From positions 34,286,001 through 34,350,000 of the forward strand of contig CATNEN010000038.1 in NCBI GenBank assembly GCA_950097015.1: a stretch of 64,000 bases of DNA. Reading direction: 5' to 3'. Position numbers and translations under genes: made by a program. The notes under the pieces are model-generated. The model made no database searches. It had not been told where the DNA came from and saw only the letters and a list, made by a program, of their open reading frames with translations. This DNA is from Macrostomum hystrix. Taxonomy: Eukaryota; Animalia; Platyhelminthes. Positions 1 to 11,750 of this stretch are shown here, one piece after another; positions within the stretch are counted from its first letter, which is position 1; every line of letters begins with the position of its first letter.

Positions 1-125
1 CGACTGATTCACTGTGTCAGAGACTGATTCACTGTGTCAGAGACTGATTCACTGTGTCAGCGACTGATTCACTGTGTCAGCGACTGATTCACTGTGTCAG
101 CGACTGATTCACTGTGTCAGCGACT
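1..125. repeat. Minisatellite, 20-bp unit GACTGATTCACTGTGTCAG(A/C), truncated by window start
   Basis: About 6 near-identical tandem copies visible. Confidence 0.95.
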
Positions 126-235
126 GTGTCTTTGCGACGGTGATCAACAATGTCAGTTAGTGACCTTGGTTAACTGTCTCACTCATGTTAGTCGTAATTT
201 TGTCACTTTGTTTTAAGCTTCAAATGAAATTCATT

Positions 236-653
236 CCCGCTAAAAAATAGGGATGTTTCTTTGGGTGATTCCAGTTGAAATCTGCGGTGTTTCCAGAAAA
301 AGAAACAGCCGAACGCTGGAAACATACCAATCGGATGATTCCATGCTTAGAATCTACCCAACTGGGCGTTTTCTCGGTGCTTCTTGGTGGCGAAATGGAA
401 TCACCTAAAGAACCCTCCAGTTCGGAAGATTCCATGCTCAGAAACCGCCGAGGAATCGCCCGTAAATAATTCTCTGGTTGTCCCATGGGCCACTGGTTCG
501 GGTGATTCTTCGGCGGTTTCCGCACAATTTACGGTTACATCGGCTGCTTCCTGGGTGGTTTCTTGAACTCTTGTGAGATAGGGGGGATTTTGGTAGATTC
601 CACTCCTATTTTGCACAAAACCCGCCGAAGAAGCAGCCGAATTTTTTACAGGG
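236..653. mobile_element. Putative non-autonomous DNA transposon (EnSpm/CACTA-like MITE)
   Basis: Imperfect TIR CCCgcTAAAAAAT...ATTTTTTAcaGGG, TT on both flanks, internal inverted subrepeats (TCGGCTGCTTC ~540 / GAAGCAGCCGA ~630; TTCTTCGGCGG / CCGCCGAAGAA). Confidence 0.4.
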
Positions 654-1127
654 TTTTCTGAAGAAAAAAATTTTCAGCTACTTACCTACTAAAATCTATC
701 GAAAAAAATCGAATAGTTTTATTTTTTTTTTCGTGGCATTTTTCATAAACGCATCGGCCATCACTGTGAGCAATTTGAGTGACTTTATGATATACGCAGT
801 TGTCAAGTAAAGAGTTTCGTGACAGAATTGCATAGTGCACGACCCCACTCCTTGTGGAATGAGTAGTAAGGCGCAATGAGTCGCTGGTCTCACAACCATA
901 AAACTCCTTTCTGTCTGAGTTTAAGGTCGAACAAAGCTTGACGAGGTACAAGCCGATGCCCAGATTTTAGCTATCAGGTATCAAACGAGTTAAATTGAGC
1001 TACTACGTAAATTGTGAAAGTGGCTTATATATGGAGGCGTGGGTTAAATTGTCGATTGAACAAGTAACATAACATGATGCACGGTCTTAACTGTGGATTT
1101 ACTGGCTATTAACCCTTGGTTAATCTG

Positions 1128-1358
1128 TGGACTTAAGGGCTCCATCGTTGACTTGGGGGCTCCATCGTGGACTTAGGGCCTCCATCGGGGACTTGTGGGC
1201 TGCATCGTTGACTTGGGGCTCCACCGTTGACTTGGGGCTCCACCGTTGACTTGGGGCTCCACCGTTGACTTGGGGGCTCCATCGTGGACTTGGGGGCTCC
1301 ACCGTTGACTTGGGGGCTCCATCGTGGACTTGGGGCTCAATCATTGACTTAGGGGCTC
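1128..1358. repeat. Minisatellite, ~19-20-bp unit TTGGGGGCTCCA(T/C)CGT(T/G)GAC
   Basis: About 11 tandem copies. Confidence 0.92.
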
Positions 1359-1703
1359 TACATTTCCAATGTCATAGACACATTCGCATTCCATATAGAC
1401 ACATTTCCAATGTCATAGACACATTCGCATGCCGTATAGACACATTTCCTATGTCATAGACACATTCGCATGCCATATACACATTTCCTATGTCATAGAC
1501 ACATTCGCATGCCGTATAGACTGCACATTTCCAATGTCATAGACACATTTCCTATGTCATAGACACATTTCCTATGTCATAGACACATTTCCAATGTCAT
1601 AGACACATTTCCTATGTCATAGACACATTCGCATGCCGTATAGACTGCACATTTCCAATGTCATAGACACATTTCCTATGTCATTGACACATTCGCATGT
1701 CAT
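1359..1703. repeat. Minisatellite, ~20-bp unit ACACATTTCC(A/T)ATGTCATAG with ACACATTCGCATGCC variant
   Basis: Tandem copies directly abutting the previous array. Confidence 0.92.
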
Positions 1704-2117
1704 TATCAGCGTGTCCAGAAAGACTATACATGCTTGTTGGCATCGATTGCTAAATTTAAACAACATAAATGCAGCATGGGCGTCATATGATGACTGTGTT
1801 ATATTTAGGCATAGCGTCAGCCTGACGCCATTTTTCTAGCCTTGCGGAGTTAAGTTCGACATTTGCACATGCATTCATTTTAGTCGCAACACGTTTGGCT
1901 TGCCATTGCAAAGAGCTATTTTTAGAAACATATGTACACAGAGAACGAAACATACATATATATAGAAACGACTCATATTTTATACGTCTGTCAGTAAGAA
2001 ATATTTCGTTACATTGCATACATTATTACATATATATATATATATATAATATGACACCATGGACTACCCAATACTGAGTTCTTCAGGACTGCGGTTTTCC
2101 TTCAGGGCAGTAGTTTT

Positions 2118-2894
2118 CCGAAATCCTTCAGGACACATGCCCGAAATCCTTGAGGACAGATGCCCGAAATCCTTGAGGACAGATGCCCGAAATCCTTCAG
2201 GACAGATGCCCGAAATCCTTCAGAGCAGATCTCCGAAATCCTTGAGGATAGATGCCCGAAATCCTTCAGAGCAGATATCCGAAATCCTTGAGGATAGATG
2301 CCCGAAATCCTTCAGAGCAGATATCCGAAATCCTTGAGGATAGATGCCCGAAATCCTTCAGAGCAGATATCCGAAATCCTTGAGGATAGATGCCCGAAAT
2401 CCTTCAGAGCAGATATCCGAAATCCTTGAGGATAGATGCCCGAAATCCTTGAGGACAGATGCCCGAAATCCTTCAGGACACATGTCCGAAATCCTTCACG
2501 ACAGATGCCTGAAATCCTTCGGGTCAGATGTCCGAAATACTTCAGGACAGATGCCCGAAATCCTTCAGAGCAGATATCCGAAATCCTTCAGAGCAGATAT
2601 CCGAAATCCTTCAGAGCAGATATCCGAAATCCTTGAGGATAGATGCCCGAAATCCTTGAGGACAGATGCCCGAAATCCTTCAGGACACATGTCCGAAATC
2701 CTTCACGACAGATGCCTGAAATCCTTCGGGTCAGATGTCCGAAATACTTCAGGACAGATGCCCGAAATCCTTCAGAGCAGATATCCGAAATCCTTGAGGA
2801 TAGATGCCCGAAATCCTTGAGGACAGATGCCCGAAATCCTTCAGGACAGATGTCCGAAATCCTTCAGGACAGATGCCCGAAATCCTTCAGGACA
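2118..2894. repeat. Minisatellite, 23-bp unit CCCGAAATCCTTCAGGACAGATG with ~207-bp higher-order block
   Basis: About 33 copies; the identical translated blocks starting at 2436 and 2643 show a 207-bp duplication. Confidence 0.95.
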
Positions 2895-2910
2895 ACCTAT
2901 CCTTTACTGA

Positions 2911-4090
2911 TCAAGCGTTGCGGTGTGAAGTCCGCCCCATCTGCTGCTGCAACTGTTGCACCTGCTGTTGCAAGAGTTGCACCTGCTGTTGCAGCCGCTC
3001 AGCGCACCTCGCTCGCTCGTCGAGTTGGTTCAGGACTGTACGCAGCTGGCCGACGCCGCCAAATGACTCAACCAGCTTCTCCAAGTCGATGGTGGTCTGG
3101 GCCCAGTTGGCCACATTCACTTGCAGTCCTTTGAATTTCTGAAAAACGTTACCAACTTGACGATTGACGTCAGCCACTTCGGCTGCGACTGCGGGGGTCG
3201 CGGACTGTTGAACCGGAGCGACTGAAAGAACGGGTTGGCAGTTGATTGATGAGTTGATTGGGGATACTGTGAGATCGAATGCTACGTCAACAGAAGCTTG
3301 GCTAACCTGGAGCACGACGAGTGATCGCCTCAGTCTGTCTGATCTTTGAGTCGACTAGCTCAAGGTGGGAGTCCGTGAACTCCTTGTAATGCTTTTCTAG
3401 TTCGGATTTGCGGACTCTTGCTGAGCATCCCAGGTGAGAGTACTTGCACTGGACTGGCTTCTCTGGACATTGTGGCAGGTGAGCTATGTACAGATGTCTG
3501 CTCATGGGTTTGCTCGGGTCACCGCAGTGGGGACACGGACCTGAGTACCTCGGACAGCACTCATCGGATTCAAGGCTCCGATGCCTGTTGTTCATCTCGC
3601 TGACTGTCACCAGCTGAGAGCACAAGCCGCAGGTCTCCTTCCTCATCTGGCACTGGCTATCAGAGTGTCGCTGTAGATCCCTCCTCATCACCAGCTGTCC
3701 GCAGAGATCGCACGGCAATGGCAGGAAGTCGCAGCTGTTCAAGTGCTGGTTCATGAGAGACCATCTGACTGCGGTGGAGCAGCCCGCATCGCAGTTCGGA
3801 CACTGGACCGTCAGTCTGGCGACATCGCGTCTCGTCGCCATGTCTGGAAGGCATGTGGCGCGACTTACCTCGATTTCCTCCTCGGCGTCTCTACAGGCCT
3901 CCGTGTTTCCTGGACAGTGGCGCTTCTCTAGCGGCGACAGCAGATCGGTGACGCAGTGCTGGCAGAGGCGGCATCCGTGTGGAGTCTGGAAGCCGTTGAA
4001 CAGCGGCTTGGAGCAGCTGTTGCACAGCAGATGGGCCGGCACCTGCTGAGACGGTTGCGCTGAAGACACTCGCTGAGGCAGCTCCGACAT
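2911..4090 (-). CDS. TRAF-like protein (variant RING + TRAF-type zinc fingers + coiled coil, no MATH domain); complement(join(2911..3221,3307..4090)), ~364 aa
   Basis: CNSC...QTPHGCRLCQHC...CPG RING; PDMATRRDVARLTVQCPN..GC, HLNSCDF, CDLC, HLPQCPEKPVQCKYSHLGC, ELEKH...HL motifs typical of TRAF N-termini. Donor CCAG/GTTAGC at 3307/3306 and acceptor TTCTTTCAG/TC at 3222/3221 join the two ORFs in phase 1; Gln-rich heptads precede TGA at 2911. Confidence 0.8.
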
Positions 4091-4462
4091 AGTTCTCGCG
4101 ATGAATAGAAAAGCTGCGAAACTCGTATTGAGTCCATATTTTTCTGCATATTTATTCGCTGGGTATAAGGTACTTCGTTTACGAGAATAGCACTTGTCTG
4201 AATAGCTCGTAACTGCTATTTTTAGCAACCATGTTCCATGTTCCTTATACGTCACAACTCTAATAGGCAATCTTATGCATAGTAAGTTACATTTCTAGTT
4301 TGGAAATGAGCTACAAGTTCACTTTGGAATGCAAAATGTTTCGATTATCCTGATAGATTTTTTATCTATCGAAAGCCAAATATATCTATCGCAGCACAAA
4401 AATCGTCAAGGGGGTGGGGAAAAAAACCACCCTTGGTAGTTTTACTGTTAAAAAGCTGTTAA

Positions 4463-4821
4463 TAATAAGAATAATTGCAGGAGGGCTGCGGGTAATGGCA
4501 AATCATTTGGTGACACTAGACCCACAGCCAGCGAGGAGGCAATTCTGCCCATTTCGCTGACTCCTGAGCACACACGCACACAGATACTGTACGCAGGCAC
4601 ACGCTCACACAGGTGTGTACATCTGCCCACACTTTCTCATCGTCAGGCAGAGTACACTTCACTGTGCCTTGGAGGTTGGTCCTTAAGGACGTAAGTTGCA
4701 CGACAAGCCCCCAAGTTTTCTCTCCGTGGCTGCGCCCCAAATAAATGGGGCCTCGCCGTGGAATCGAACTTAGGGTTCTTGGTGCGAGGCAAACGCGTTA
4801 ACCGCTCTGCCACCGACCCCA
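4463..4821 (-). mobile_element. tRNA-derived SINE, full length, copy 1
   Basis: Minus strand has A box TGGCAGAGCGG, B box GTTCGATTCC and a TTA-rich tail. Flanked by a perfect 15-bp TSD TTAAAAAGCTGTTAA (4448-4462, 4822-4836). Second copy at 59759-60095. Confidence 0.92.
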
Positions 4822-4902
4822 TTAAAAAGCTGTTAAAATGTATCAATAACTAATTCATTGTTATATTTTCAACATGGCTGTGCATGAAAACTGGTACATG
4901 AT

Positions 4903-7125
4903 TGTGGTGTTCCGTGTATATGCACTTGCGAGCATTCACTGTCATGCCGTGCTGCGCCAGACGGTTCAGGCACGCCTCGAGGCTGTTGTTTTGCTCCACC
5001 ACGCCAGCACTCGACTCATCACGCTCTGCAGTATTTCCTGGGATGTTGACAGGCCCATGCGCTCCAGCATCGAGTTCATGGGAATTGCGGCTGACGTCGA
5101 ACGGAGCCCGGGCCACCGAGAGCAAAGTCGCTGCTGTCCAGGACTTCAAGGAGCCCGAGACAATCAGTCAGCTGCGCTCGTTCCTGGGCCCAGTGAGCTA
5201 TCTCGCAGTATTCACCCCGCAGCTAGCCAAGATCGCTGAGCCGCTGCGCCAACTGACAAGGAAGACCACAGACTGGCAGTGGGGCACTGATCCGACGGCC
5301 GCCTTTGCTCAGCATCGCAGAGCCGACTACTCTAGGCTTCTTCGACCCCCGCCACGGATCGAGTGCATGGCGATTCGAATACAGCATATGGGGTTCAAGG
5401 TCCAGTATCAACCCGGAGCGTCGAATGCTGCCGACGTGCTCAGCAGACAGCCGGTAAGTGCACAGGTCGCGAATTTCAGCGAGAAGCGGTGCGAGGCCTA
5501 CATCAACGAGGTGGTGCAGGCGGCAGTGCCAAGAGCGCTGACTCTCGAGGACGTCTGAAGTCATTCATTCAGCAATAGCAGCATTGCAAGGCGGCCGATG
5601 GGACCTGTCCGCTACACGCGAGATGCGCTCGCTACATGCGATACGCGACGAGCTATCGGCGTCTGATGGAGTGTTGCTGCGGCATCAGCGGATCGTCGTA
5701 CCGGAATCTCAACGACAGCAGATGCTCGAGTTGGCCCACCAAGGGCATCAGTGCGCACAAAAAACGCTCGCCAGACTCAGCACGAAGGTCTGGTGGCCTC
5801 GGATGGCGGCTTAAGTCGAGGAGTTCGTCGGTCGCTGCCGCAGTTGTGCCATCACGTCACACGCACCAGCAGTCCGGGCCACGCCGCTGCAGCCGACGCC
5901 GATCTTCGCCGGCGCCTTGCTGTCGATTGGCGCAGATTTCGTTGGGCCAATCAAGAACAACATGCTGCTGGTTTGCACAGGTACTCACGTTTACCCGAAG
6001 TGAAGCTCATGCAGACCACGACAGCTGAGGCACTAGTTCAACGACTGAGGGAGATGTTCGCGCGCTTCGGGATCCCGCAAGAGCTCGTGACCGACAACGG
6101 CCCGCCCTTTTCCTCGGCTGAGTTCAGCCGCTTCTTGGCGAGCTACGGCGTCAAGCATAGCCTCATCACGCCCTACTAACCTGCTGAACCGCTCCATCAA
6201 CAAGGGTTGTACGGGCAGCCATCGAGGAGCGGAGGGACTGGAGAGCCGCAAACGAAATCGTCCCGGCCGCGCTACCCTCCAAGCGAGTCCGCATCAACGA
6301 ACGGCAGTTGCGGGAGACCGACGCGAAGGCCACGGCCGTGATGAAGCAACGAGCTAAAGCAAGACGGCGACAGCGACGGCACGAAATCTGGGTCGGCGAC
6401 TCAGTGCTGCGATGGCGAGTCGGTGCCAACAAAACACAGACGCCATTCGAGAGCGGAGCGTGGAGCGCCGATCGTGTAGCCGGAAACTCGCTGCTGCTGC
6501 GCCGGGATGGCGTGACCTGCTGGCGCCTCTGCACGGCGGTCAGGGTTATCGGCCCCGATCCACCCAGCTCTACTGCCGATGGCGCACCGTCCGATGTTCC
6601 GCTCGGCTCCGGGCAACAGGCCACTCCGGTGGCTCTGCGCCCCCACCTGCACGAGCTGCTAGAGACGGTGTGAAGTACTACAAGGATTGAGCAATCAGTG
6701 CAGAGCAGAAACTGTTGAGAAATGCAACTGGACTGAAAGAATTTTTTTCTGTTTTCAAACATTGTTTGAATGCTTCCTTATAATATTTTTATACGAAAAT
6801 ATATAATTTTCGTATCGTCAGCGTTGTTCTAAAGCTATTTCGAAGTCTAATATTTCAATTTTCGATTTTATTCTCTCGTCGCTAGAATTCGAAAAAGGGA
6901 GAAATGAAATGTTCCGTGAATATCTTGCGTGGCAGATCTGCTAGACGCGCGCTATGCTCTGAGCTACGATCGTATGTAAATCTGACGGCCACGTACACGT
7001 GAGCGGATTGAGGTGGGCGCGTCTCGCCCCAAATATAAATAACAACGCCCAATCAGGGCTAGCTTCTAAACGTCGTTTTTACTGCTAAGGATTCTATACG
7101 AGCGTAGCCTGTCTCAGTGATTACA
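4903..7125 (+). mobile_element. Degenerate, internally deleted and rearranged Ty3/Gypsy LTR retrotransposon
   Basis: RT thumb (EPETISQLRSFLG), RNase H end (PPRIE..YQPGASNAADVLSR), integrase HHCC (AHQGH..VWWP..CRSC) and core (FARFGIPQELVTDNGPPFSS), with stops and frameshifts. PPT GAAAAAGGGAGAAA before the 3' LTR; TG...CA ends; 5-bp TSD ATGAT at 4898-4902 and 7126-7130. Confidence 0.92.
6904..7125 (+). mobile_element. 3' LTR of the Gypsy element (~222 bp)
   Basis: Starts TG right after the polypurine tract, contains TATAAAT, ends TTACA followed by TSD ATGAT. Confidence 0.8.
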
Positions 7126-7449
7126 ATGATTTGGCCACAGTCGAACTGCAGCTAGGAAATCAAGGACAACTTAAGAAGTTCTTAGGAACTATGTTTTCAA
7201 GGCTAGTGTTCGCAAAAAATACACCACGGATACTACAGAAGCAACGAATTCAGACTTTTTTCCTGCACAAATTAATTGGTGAAATTGTGTTTGATCAGAG
7301 ACGGATCAAAGACTTGTGTTTTGATATTAGTTTTTTTATTTATAGCTTCATACTAGCAAGTTTTGCCCCCAATTCGGGCAAAATTACACAAGTAACTTAC
7401 ATTTGATACAACTTAGCTTAATGCTACTGAGGTACATGTGAATTCTATC

Positions 7450-8349
7450 CCCTCAGCAGTAAAACCAGTGTCTCCCCAGCAGCAAAGAACTAATTCCCCC
7501 CAGCAGCAAAGAACTATATAATTCCCCCCCAGCAGCAAAGAACTAATTCCCCCCAGCAGCAAAGAACTAATTCCCCCCAGCAGCAAAGAACTAATCCCCC
7601 CAGCAGCAAAGAACTAATTCCCCCCAGCAGCAAAGAACTAATTCCCCCCAGCAGCAAAGAACTAATTCCCCCCCAGCAGCAAAGAACTAATTCCCCCCCC
7701 AGCAGCAAAGAACTAATCCCCCCCCAGCAGCAAAGAACTAATTCCCCCCAGCAGCAAAGAACTAATTCCCCCCAGCAGCAAAGAACTAATTCCCCCCAGC
7801 AGCAAAGAACTAATTCCCCCCAGCAGCAAAGAACTAATTCCCCCCAGCAGCAAAGAACTAATTCCCACCAGCAGCAAAGAACTAATTCCCCCCCCAGCAG
7901 CAAAGAACTAATGTCCCCCCAGCAGCAAAGAACTAATTCCCCCCAGCAGCAAAGAACTAATTCCCCCCAGCAGCAAAGAACTAATTCCCCCCAGCAGCAA
8001 AGAACTAATTCCCCCCAGCAGCAAAGAACTAATTCCCCCCAGCAGCAAAGAACTAATTCCCCCCAGCAGCAAAGAACTAATTCCCCCCAGCAGCAAAGAA
8101 CTAATTCCCCCCAGCAGCAAAGAACTAATTCCCACCAGCAGCAAAGAACTAATTCCCACCAGCAGCAAAGAACTAATTCCCCCCCCCAGCAGCAAAGAAC
8201 TAATGTCCCCCCAGCAGCAAAGAACTAATGTCCCCCCAGCAGCAGAGAACTAATTCCCCCCAGCAGCAAAGAACTAATTCCCCCCAGCAGCAAAGAACTA
8301 ATGTCCCCCCAGCAGCAAAGAACTAATGTCCCCCCAGCAGCAGAGAACT
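7450..8349. repeat. Minisatellite, ~24-bp unit CCCCCCAGCAGCAAAGAACTAATT
   Basis: About 36 copies differing mostly in C-run length. Confidence 0.96.
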
Positions 8350-8669
8350 TAGCTTCATATATTTTGATTTCACATTAGTTTTTTTGCACTACGTGCCCTC
8401 CCACCTAGCCTGTGCCTAAAATGCATTAAGCTACTGAAACAACAAAGCCAAAATTAATATTTGGCCTATTGGTAAATATTGGTAAAGAAAATTGTACAGT
8501 AGATAAACTTTCCAGGAATAAAGTTTTGTAAAATTCATTGGAGCAGCATACAAGGTTAAGTTTTATCAAAAGAAAAGCATAAAGTCAGGGGAGAATTGGG
8601 ATAGGGGAGATAAAAGACAGGGGAGAGAGACACACATGTGTCTGTGTCACAGTTTCCACAACTTTCGGA

Positions 8670-8720
8670 AAACAACAACAACAACAAAAACAACAACAAA
8701 ATCGACAATAACAACAACGA
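8670..8720. repeat. Degenerate (AAC)n microsatellite
   Basis: AACAACAACAACAACAAAAACAACAAC... Confidence 0.75.
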
Positions 8721-8721
8721 T

Positions 8722-9190
8722 TTACGCTGTCGAGATGGGAAGAAAAGCTTCAGAGCCTGGGCGCATACAAAGGCGCTGCACCTCCGGGGAAATCCGGGGC
8801 GTCAGCGTCAGCCAGAAGGCAGTCGATTGACGAAACGCCGAGTTCAGGCCTGGCCGCACTGGTATGGTGCCTGCAGCGTGAGCAGTCAGGTAAGCAACCC
8901 AGTCAAGCACCTGGACGAACAGGAACGGCGCTATAATGTGTTGCCCTGGAGCACCACGGAATATGTCTCGCTTCCGAGTCGAATCGAAAGCCTTCATGAA
9001 GTCAATGAAGACGAAAATCAAGTCCAACTGGAGCATGCGTGCCTACTCGATGAATTCGGCGAAGACCAAGAATCTGCGTCACTGTGCCGCGGTGCAGTGG
9101 CGAAAGCCATTCTGCTCAGGTTGTAAATAGGGATCTAGCACGGGCTTCAAAAATGATAGCAGCATCCTGTTGAACAGCTTGGCGGCGCTG
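8722..9190 (-). mobile_element. Degenerate non-LTR retrotransposon RT fragment (RTE-like)
   Basis: Minus-strand LDPYLQPEQNGFR, QILGLRRI, FVFIDFMKAFDS and APFLFVQVLDWV motifs, broken by frameshifts, stops and deletions. Confidence 0.8.
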
Positions 9191-10044
9191 GATCGGATAT
9201 CGAAAAACACGACAACAAAAAACAGTTGTTCGCTTCCGTTCAAATTTTCAAATTGCATCGGTTCGGTAAATTATTGTTTCGCTTTATTTTTACAGTATAT
9301 GCCTTCTGTTGTTCGTTGATAAACATGAACCTATGCAACTCAGCTGTAATGTATAGTATTAGTCTTCATACTTTTATGTATTACTTTACCTGTATTTAGT
9401 ACTCGTATTGTATCTTCGAATTTATAGAATGTAATGAAAAGCTTGTAGCCGTAATTATACACAAAACATGTAATTAAGAACAAGCTGAAGGACTTAAAGC
9501 AGTACGTATAGAGCTGGCTGAAAAACCATTAATTATGAATTATTAGGCAGCATTTAGTAGGTTACCAGATCTCAGCTAGCTAGCATAAAACATATGTTTT
9601 ATTACTGCTCGTAGTACGGAATTAGCTAATATTAACAAAAATTTTCGGACGATGTAGCTGCTATAGTTGTCGACTGTGGGAAATTATTATAATAATTTTT
9701 CGGCACGTTCCAGAAGTAAAGAAAACTGCCTTGAATGATTTGCCACAGCTAGCAAAGAAAAGTAGAAAGTAATACGAGTATAAAGGCAAGAGAAAATTGA
9801 CGACAAAAACTCAAATAGAAATTAAGAAAATTGCAAAGCAAAAAATTGCTAAAGCTTTTAGGATACATCAACTGAATTATGAGGTTTCAAAGGAATGCTG
9901 AGAAAATGGGCAAAAATATAAGCAAAGAAATAAATTCAGAAAGATAAAAAGATAAAAAGAATTAGAAAAAGTGGTTAGCTAGCCTTTCGATCGTTGACTA
10001 TCGAAGCTTTGATATTTTAAGTAGATTACTGTTGCAGGACTTGC

Positions 10045-11600
10045 TTGGGGTTTCAGTAGCACTTGGGGTTTCAGTAGCACTTGGGTTTTCAGTACCACTT
10101 CGGTTTCAGTATGGGTTTCAGTAGCACTTGGGGTTTCAGTATGGGTTTCAGTACCACTTGGGGTTTCAGTATGGGTTTCAGTAGCACTTGGGTTTCAGTA
10201 TGGGTTTCAGTAGCACTGGGGTTTCAGTAGCACTTGGGTTTCAGTAGCACTTGGGTTTCAGTATGGGTTTCAGTAGCACTGGGGTTTCAGTATGGGTTTC
10301 AATTGGACATGGGGTTTCAGCAGCACTTGGGGTTTCAGTAGCACTTGGGGTTTCAGTAGCACTTGGGTTTCAGTAGCACTTGGGTTTCAGTAGCACTTGG
10401 GTTTCAGTAGCACTTGGGTTTCAGTAGCACTTGGGGTTTCAGTAGCACTTGGGTTTCAGTAGCACTTGGGTTTCAGTAGCACTTGGGGTTTCAGTAGCAC
10501 TTGGGTTTCAGTATGGGTTTCAGTAGCACTTGGGTTTCAGTATGAGTTTCAGTAGCACTTGGGTTTCAGTATGGGTTTCAGTAGCACTGGGGTTTCAGTA
10601 TGGGTTTCAGTAGCACTGGGGTTTCAGTATGGGTTTCAGTAGCACTGGGGTTTCAGTATGGGTTTCAATTGGACATGGGGTTTCAGCAGCACTTGGGGTT
10701 TCAGTAGCACTTGGGTTTCAGCAGCACTTGGGTTTCAGCAGCACTTGGGTTTCAGCAGCACTTGGGTTTCAGTAGCACTTGGGTTTCAGCAGCACTTGGG
10801 TTTCAGCAGCACTTGGGTTTCAGCAGCACTTGGGTTTCAGCAGCACTTGGGTTTCAGCAGCACTTGGGTTTCAGCAGCACTTGGGTTTCAGTAGCACTTG
10901 GGTTTCAGTAGCACTTGGGTTTCAGTAGCACTTGGGTTTCAGTAGCACTTGGGTTTCAGTAGCACTTGGGTTTCAGTAGCACTTGGGTTTCAGTAGCACT
11001 TGGGTTTCAGTAGCACTTGGGTTTCAGCAGCACTTGGGTTTCAGTAGCACTTGGGTTTCAGTAGCACTTGGGGTTTCAATTGGACATGGGGTTTCAGCAG
11101 CACTTGGGGTTTCAGTAGCACTTGGGTTTCAGTAGCACTTGGGTTTCAGTAGCACTTGGGTTTCAGCAGCACTTGGGTTTCAGTAGCACTTGGGTTTCAG
11201 TAGCACTTGGGTTTCAGCAGCACTTGGGTTTCAGTAGCACTTGGGTTTCAGTAGCACTTGGGGTTTCAATTGGACATGGGGTTTCAGCAGCACTTGGGGT
11301 TTCAGTAGCACTTGGGTTTCAGTAGCACTTGGGTTTCAGTAGCACTTGGGTTTCAGCAGCACTTGGGTTTCAGTAGCACTTGGGTTTCAGTAGCACTTGG
11401 GGTTTCAATTGGACATGGGGTTTCAGCAGCACTTGGGGTTTCAGTAGCACTTGGGTTTCAGTAGCACTTGGGTTTCAGTAGCACTTGGGTTTCAGTAGCA
11501 CTTGGGTTTCAGTAGCACTTGGGTTTCAGTAGCACTTGGGTTTCAGTAGCACTTGGGTTTCAGTAGCACTTGGGTTTCAGTAGCACTTGGGGTTTCAATT
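10045..11600. repeat. Minisatellite, 17-bp unit GGGTTTCAG(T/C)AGCACTT with periodic TTCAATTGGACATG variant
   Basis: About 90 tandem copies downstream of PRXL2C. Confidence 0.96.
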
Positions 11601-11750
11601 TGACAATAGCTAGGGTTTTATTTTGTCTTATATTTTTTAATGTCGTGTACTCTTATATGGTGTCAACTCATAAAATTAAGCATCAGTTAATATATATATA
11701 TATATTAGCTGCTGGATAGCGAATTCAAGGAAAACATTGTCCTTAAATCT

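Noticed and set aside
4091-4270. N-terminal extension of the 322-aa TRAF ORF
   Set aside because: Starts at a non-ATG codon in AT-rich DNA; the first ATG (MSELPQ) at 4090 coincides with the GC-content shift.
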